Assembly: GCF_009914755.1 (NCBI RefSeq)
Contig: NC_060934.1
DNA from: the human T2T-CHM13v2.0 reference genome, Homo sapiens
DNA length: 64,000 nt
Reading direction: 5' to 3' (one strand)
Part shown: piece by piece, positions 57,100 to 64,000 of the stretch
How positions within the stretch are numbered: position 1 is the first letter of the stretch
Layout: every line of letters starts with the position of its first letter
Program-made: the position numbers and the translations under genes
Notes under the pieces: generated by a model
What the model was told of the DNA's origin: nothing
The model's database searches: none
The model's input: only the letters and a program-made list of their open reading frames with translations

Positions 57100-58056
57100 T
57101 AAAAAGGGAAAAACACTCTTTTTCTTTCTACACTCTCACACACACACTTCACTTCTGACACCAAATGTGCAGATTTTCCATACCAAGCAGCTCACCAAAT
57201 CTCCAGACTCCAACTGTGTGTTCTACTATGCAGTTAGGACACTAACTACCTAGAGTTGGTGCAGGCTCCACAGATGAAGGGCTCAGTCCCACAAGACTGC
57301 CCCCACTGCAGACATCAGTTACAAATAGCGGGTCCCCAGGTTACCCACAGTTCTGTCTGATGTAGCCACAATGACCCCGTGTAGGGGTTCCCATTACCCT
57401 CTCCTTAGGTTCCATAGTTGGTTCTAACGGCTTGCAGAACTCAGGGAGATGCCTACTGGTTTCCTGGTTTCTGATGCTGCTTTATTATAAAGTCTACGGT
57501 AAAGGACACAGATGAATAGCCAGAAGAAGAGGCACACAGGATGAGGATTGAAAGAGTCCTAAGTGGAGGAGCTTCTGTTCTCACGGAGGTGGGGTGCACC
57601 ACCCTCCTGGCACAGGAACGTGTTCACCAACCCAGAAGCTCTCTGATTTTTATGGAAGTTTCATCACTTTTGTATGATTGATTATAAACTCAATCTCCTG
57701 CCCTTTTCTCCTCCCCAGAGGATGCAGAGTGGCGGTGGGTGAGCTGAAAGTTCCAAGCCTCTAGTCCTGGCTTGGTCTTTCTGGTAACCAGACTCCATCC
57801 TGAAGCTATTCGGGGGCCCAACAAGAGTCATCTCATTAGAACAAAGCATGCCCCTATCACCTCAGGAAATTCCATAGGATTTAGGAGCTCTGTGTCAGGA
57901 ATCAGGGTCAAAGACCCTGATTAGAACAAAATACCCCTATTAGAACAAAAGACACTCCTAGAACACCTTATTGACGAGAAAATTCCAAAGGTTTTAGGGG
58001 CTCTGTGCCAGAAACCAGGAACAGAGACCAAATACATATATTTTTATTGTATCACA
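57100..58056. mobile_element. MER21-family LTR
   Basis: agggctcagtcccacaagactgccccca; gaaattcca...ggagctctgtgtcagga duplicated motif; 5-bp TSD ATAAG at 57095-57099 and 58057-58061. Confidence 0.82.
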
Positions 58057-59544
58057 ATAAGAAAATATTGTTAGGAAGTAAGTGCTAAGGGATTATGATT
58101 TAGGGGTAAAGTGTCATGATAAGTCATAAATTATTTTCAAATGATTTATTTATATATATTCACAGAGGGGTGGGAAGGGTGGGAGAGAGACATGGTCCCT
58201 GGACCCAATTTATGCCCTAAATCTGCTAGATTTTCCACTGTCTTACATGTTTCTAGCAGGGAGAAGTTCAGGAAATTATCCACTGGTTATTTTTTTCAAT
58301 TAAAAGACAGAGAATTCAGGCTTGAAAGCTTGCTCAGTTCTTCAGCAAGTTTCCAGACCTCATTAAGTAGTGGAGATTATTAGAAAGAATCTCACACACT
58401 TATTAATTTTGTTTTCCAGTGAATCCAAGATCACCTTTGTCAGCCTTTGCTAAATCTGCAAAACACATTGCCGTCTTGATTGCTAATTAGTGTACCGGGA
58501 GAGATAGTGGCTTCCACAATAATTTCACATAATAGAGTGAATTTAATTAAAATGCATAAATTTTAAAACACCTTAATTTGTAAACATCCTCTTGGAAATC
58601 TTATGTCTGTGCCAAAATATTTGTAAGTTGCATACATCCAACAAAATTGGCATCTCTTGCCTCTCTTGTGTGTATTATGAGGTAAAGCTTGTTATTCCTG
58701 CAACACTATGGATCCCCCCACCCTACCACACTTACCACACCATGTTTCTGTCTTGTTTACCTGTATACTTTTTCCTCTAGACTATAAGAGTTATTCATTC
58801 ATTCATTCCACAAATATTTAGTGACAACCTACTAAGTGTCAAGGCTCTGTTCTAGAAACAACAGAGCAATGAGCAAATTCATGGAGCTTCCAGATACAAC
58901 CATACAAAATTGTAATAATTTAACATGTCAAAAATTAGGGTCCAAGATCTATGCATTAGGCAAAAGTGCCCTATTTTCACTGATTTCCAGTGAAATCTCA
59001 GTAACATATGTAAGCATATCATGCTTTTAAAGTATAGCAGGATCTCAGGGCTAGAAGGACTTCCAGAGACACATGTCCCAAGCCTGCCCTCTTCCACAGG
59101 AGTTACCCATGACATGCTCTTCTCATGGCAGATTCCAAGCGGGCCAGAGGGCCAGCACCAAAGCATCTGTGCCATGTCTGTAACATGCCATTGGCCAAAG
59201 TAAGTCTCCAGCCATTCCAAACCAAGGCAGTGAAGAAGTGGGAACAATAACCTAATCTTCCGATACCGGGTCTTACCATGGAAATGGTTTCCTCCACCTT
59301 CTGCTCTTCTTCCTCTGCTAGCTCTACTGTCCTTAAGGTTTAATTTGGATATTGCCTCCTCTGAGGACTCCTCTGTGGCTTGGATGCTCCTCCTGGGTTC
59401 CCCCAGTGCCCTGGGCATACCTCTACCATGGCACCTAGCACAGTTTATTGGAATCATCTGTGTGTCTCTCTCCCTTGAACTGAACTCGCCTGACAAATGC
59501 TTCTAATTGCTTCCTGAACATGTTTTCTCCCCTTCTTTAGAGCT

Positions 59545-59978
59545 AGAGAACATCAATTCTGTCCAGGGCAGTGGTCCTTTTAAAACTATTCACTTTCCTA
59601 GATATTCTTTCAATTAAGCTGACCACGCAAAACGGTTTAGCTTTCTGCAAAGCTTTCTTAACAGAGATACATCCAGAAAATCTGTCTGCCTTTTGTTTTT
59701 GTCCTTTGCTCCTCCCCTTTCTCCTGCCTGGAACATAAACGTATGTCCAGAGTGCAGCAGCCATATTGCAATCATGAGGACTAAAGCCATGAGTTAAAGA
59801 TGACACAGCAGAAAGACAGGAAGACAAGACAGGGGAATCCCCAGGGCTTCTGAGCTGCTGTGTCTGCCCTGTACTGCATGGCTCCAGATTTTATGTTATG
59901 TGAAGAAAACCCTTTCACTTCATTAGTCACTTCTGTTAAGTTTCCCGAGAGTTCCAGCCAAATGCCCCCTAACTGACA
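59545..59978 (+). mobile_element. Old MLT1 (J/K-like) LTR
   Basis: cctgcctggaaca...gcagcagccatattgcaatcatgagg...cagcagaaagacagg...cctaactgaca. Confidence 0.65.
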
Positions 59979-60419
59979 GAGCCTCTCAGAGAAGAGACAG
60001 ACTTACCCATTCTTGCATCTCAGACCTGGGACAGGTCCTGGGACATAGGAACCCAGTAAGTGTTCATCTGTGGATGGGCACGTGACCTTACTGAAGCTCT
60101 GCCAACCTTCTCACCGCAGTCTCACCACTACCCACTCTCAATTTCCAGACCCCAGCCACACTCCACAGGGGTCCCCTCATGCATGCCAAGCTCCAGCTCA
60201 CCACTGGGCCTTTTCAAAGGTTGCTCCCTTTACAGGAAGGACAGTCTCTCCTCTTTCTCTACCTCCCTTGAGGCTTCTGCTCTGGCAGCCTCCTGTGTCC
60301 CACCCTTCAGTGATGCTAGACAAGCAAAATGCCCCTGTGCCTCAGTGTTCTCATCCATAAAGTGGGCATGATAATAGTACCTGCCTCATTGTTGTTGAGT
60401 TGATGTGAGAATCAGAATA

Positions 60420-60660
60420 GCCAATTCTTACAATCAGAGAGTAAAAACGTACATAGGCTTATCTCATGCCAGGCACTATCCTAAGCACCTCACATGCCTT
60501 TAACTCATTTAATCCTCCCCATGACCTACAAGTGCTAATGTCAACCTCACTTTACAGATGAGGAGACTAACGCACCTTGCCCAAGGTCACACAGCAAATG
60601 AATGGCAGAGCCAGGATTTATACCAAGCAAGTGAGCTCTGGAGTCCAGGTGCTTACCTGT
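60420..60660 (-). mobile_element. MIR (adjacent to a plus-strand MIR at ~60320-60415)
   Basis: tgccaggcactatcctaagcac...tttacagatgaggagact...ttgcccaaggtcacacagc. Confidence 0.78.
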
Positions 60661-61465
60661 TGCTCATGCGGCCTTAGGGCTCCCAACTGCACCTGGTTCA
60701 TTAGCTCCCAGTAGCTGTTAACAACTATTCTCATTGGCCAGACACCTGCCACTCTGGAAGTAACTGCTTGTGCAATCACTGCACCAGGCTTTGTTACCCC
60801 CAGATGAGTACAAATGGGTCACGTTCATAATTTCTTCCAACATTTGTGTGGTTTTAGTTCCCACCTACTTGTTAGCAAGATATCCAATCTCGTTTCCCTG
60901 GATCTCCCTTTCGGGAATTTTCTCCAGGAACCCCCCAGTGTTGGGGGTAGGTACCAGGCACTTCCATTCTCTTTGCCCACCCAGGATCTGCACACCCCTG
61001 AGGACTAACACACTCAACTGTGCCCCCACCTCCTGGCCTATTCATGAGTGTCAATGCCCACATTAACACACAGCACAGAGCTTGTCTGCCAAACCTCCTG
61101 GCTGGGGCACCCACTCCCCTCCACCACCATGTACTCCTATCAGCCTGCCTTCTGCGAGACCTTCATAGACCACAGATTCATGCTTGGAAACTGGTTTCTT
61201 GAGTGCTGAACAAGGGAGGCCACCAGAGAGCTTTGATTCACCACAAAGATTGTCCGTGGACACCTGGCCTGGCCAACCTCAATAGCTGGTTCCAAACCTC
61301 TCCAAAAACTCTTCAAAGACAGCCAGAGTGGATGGTCTGATGACCCCTGGGAGTGGTGGACTGTTTCTGTATTTTGAGATGCAGATTTTAAATGACTGCA
61401 ATTTAAAATTGGTGAATTTTATTCTATGTGAATTATGTCTCAACAAAGCAGAATACACCAACACA

Positions 61466-61980
61466 TGTGGCCACAGCATGCTCTTCTTATAATATGGCCT
61501 TGACACTGCTCTATCAAATTGTGGCATCTCTCTCCCCTCCCCTTGATCCTATGTTGACCAACAGATGATGGTAGAAACATCCCTATCTCTATGTGACTTC
61601 TGAGACAAGGTCAGAAAATTCTGCTTTGTTCTGTTAGGACATTCATGCTTGGAAGCTAGCCACCATGCTGTGAGGAAGCCCAAGCAGCCACACGGAGATG
61701 CTATCTCTGGGTGTTCCCGCTAACAGCCCTGGCTGAGATCTCAGGTAATAGCCAGCATCAAATGTTCAACATGAGTGAATGAGCCTTCAGATGACTCCAT
61801 CCCACAGCCATTTAGTCCCCTAGCCTTTGAGGCTTCCCAGACATCAGAGATAGGAATAAGCCATTCCCACTGGCTTCTGTCCAAATTACTGGTTCACAAA
61901 ATCCATGGCCGTTGAAAAATATACTTGGTTTATGCCACTAAGTTTGAGGTGGTTTATTATACAACAGTGGTAACTGGGAG
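61466..61980 (+). mobile_element. MLT1 (G/H-like) LTR
   Basis: gccaccatgctgtgaggaagcccaagcagccac; agccttcagatgactcc; gccactaagtttgaggtggttt. Confidence 0.75.
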
Positions 61981-64000
61981 ATGGGGCTTCCCCAGAAGAT
62001 CCTGGGAAGACTGTGGTCCTGAGTGGAGCAGGGGGGCACTCCTACAGGGGGCCTATAGCTGGTACCTCTCCTAGGCAGGAGTCCAGGACAGGGAATCCTG
62101 GAGAAGCCAGCAGGTTTGAAGCCAGGAGACATCTGAGACCTTGTTGGGAGATCAGAGAAAGGATCTGTCAGAGGTGACAGGATGGGGCAGGCAGTGCCAG
62201 GACAGATGATGGCTCAGCATGCAAACTGGACTGCTTTTGGGTGGCCACAGTTAGGGACCTGAGGAGCCAATGGGCTGGGGCACTGGCAGAGTGCAGGGAG
62301 GATGAATTTCGGAGGATTCATGAGGCCAGACCCCGGGCCCATGGGAGGGCACTGGTGCCTTGGCAATCCTTCCCCTGGAGTGAATGAGGCTGACTCAGCT
62401 TCTAGGAGCTGGGGGCTTCCTGGTCAGCACCACTGATGGCTTTATGGGCCAGAGTCCCTCCAGTCTTTGACAAAAGTGAAATTGCAGAACAGCAACTGAA
62501 TCTGAGAAGAGACCAGATAAACTGAGGAGCTACAAACAAGGCTAGGAGGAGGAAAGCCAGGAGGCCACCATGGAAGAAACCTCATTTTCTCCCTGCCCTC
62601 GCTGTTTCACTTCCTTTTGGATCCCAGTGTAGAGTGGGTGCTCTGGCCAGAGTCCTCATTTCTGCTTCTCCCCACCCACCCTCACCCCCACTATTCCTGC
62701 TGGGAAGGGTCCCTTTGCCTTCTGCAAGCCTTATTTTAAAATGGCTACCTGCAAGGAACCTGCTGCCCCTTTGGTGGTAGCCCAGAAAGGCAAGCAGGTC
62801 CTGTCTTAGAGCGGGGTGTGCACCCACACAGATACACAGCCCGCCCCTGCCAGCTCTGGATCCCTGCCAAAGACCCCATCTGTAATCAGAAAGGGACAAG
62901 AAGCCTGGGGTCACAGCTCCAACCACCGGGTCATGCTTCCTTCCTTGGGTAGGGCGTCCCTGGTGTGCCCAGAGCTGCTGCTGAAGCAGAGGTGACAGAG
63001 GTTCCCACCACCTCCCCTCCCAGGCATCTGCTGTGGGCGTGGCTGCCCAGCCCGTCCTGGGCCATCTCTGTCCCCTGAAGAACCTGGCTCCCCTCCACCC
63101 CTGTCTTCCACGCAGCCACCAGCCTGGTCCTTTTCTCACACCTGATACACGAAGCACACTGAAAAGGCCACCTCACAGTGACACACTTTGATAGCTTGAG
63201 TTCTCAGCTCTCCTGGGAAAATTCATGCCTGAGTACACGTGGGCCCTGTAAGGCAATCCCAGACCCCTCTCCTGGGCTTTTGCTCAAACCTCCATCCCAC
63301 AGCCCTGCTTCAAAGTTACTCTTTGAGACTTTCTGTTTGCTCCCCGCAGCACCATCTGAACTGGAGGCAGAGGTGCTGTCCTCAGGAGAAAAACATACTG
63401 GGGTGTGCTGCTTCCAGCAGCCCCATGACTCCAGCTTAGTTTATCTTGGGCGTGAAACATTCCAAAGGAACGCAGTTCTCCCTGTGCCAGGGACCAGGAC
63501 TGCAGGAGAGGCCACGTGAGTGCTGGTACCTTTGTGGGTTCCTGTAGCACACTCCAGCCAGATTCCTGGACCCTGCTTCAAAGCAGCCCTGTCTTCCCCT
63601 TCCATCAGGACCTCCAAGTGCATACAACCAAAAGATAGTAAGCCCAGAAGCAGGTTGATGAGCTAGGCAGACCTCCAGTAAGTGAATCAGGATTTGAAAT
63701 TGCATAACACTCCTGAGAGCTGCCATGTGCTTTTAATTTCCCTGTTACGGTTAAAGCAGGAAAAGATATCCAGTGAGTCGATCCAATGAATTGCTGAAAG
63801 AATGCTCCAAAGCCAGGTCATGATGGCGTTTCCTGACATTCATTTTAATTGAATAGTTTAATGTTAGATGATTACAACCCTGTCACATTTACAGAAAATG
63901 AGTAGCCCGGGAGGTCTCCAGAGCTTGGCAAGGAGAAATAAATCTTTCGTTCCCACAGCAGCTGATCTGAGGGCAGGCCGGGGAAACTTACCCACACTGG

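Noticed and set aside
58879-59496. 205-aa minus-strand ORF
   Set aside because: Non-ATG start, spans repeat-like fragments (L2/MLT1), no recognisable domain.
60000-60660. Strong minus-strand donor motifs (GG|GTAAGT near 60006, CAG|GTAAGC near 60656)
   Set aside because: I could not pair them with a convincing acceptor or reading frame; isolated donors are common.
62582-63157. 191-aa minus-strand ORF
   Set aside because: Non-ATG start, low-complexity composition, no recognisable homology or exon structure.

Overview
Human (or very close great-ape) genomic DNA containing the 5' end of CPXM2 (carboxypeptidase X, M14 family member 2) on the minus strand. Coding exon 1 (24262-24565, signal peptide, in a CpG island) and exon 2 (13063-13161) are present; intron 1 is 11.1 kb and intron 2 runs off the left edge. 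The ~39 kb to the right is upstream sequence dominated by Alu, L1M, L2, MIR, MaLR/ERV LTRs and DNA-transposon relics. Repeat subfamily names come from recalled consensus sequences, not a database search. No other ORF in the track is credible, and I see no evidence of a new multi-gene system. The best small signals are: (1) a tailless, TSD-flanked retrocopy of the 5' half of tRNA-Cys(GCA) at 38151-38187, broken at the anticodon loop; (2) a candidate upstream exon (46884-47063) whose ATG would splice in frame to exon 2 and give a signal-peptide-less CPXM2; (3) a 5' splice site recreated at the exon1/exon2 junction (recursive-splicing signature); (4) a FAM+right-arm Alu dimer; (5) an LTR with five CCAAT boxes at exact 24-bp spacing; (6) tandem repeats with higher-order structure.
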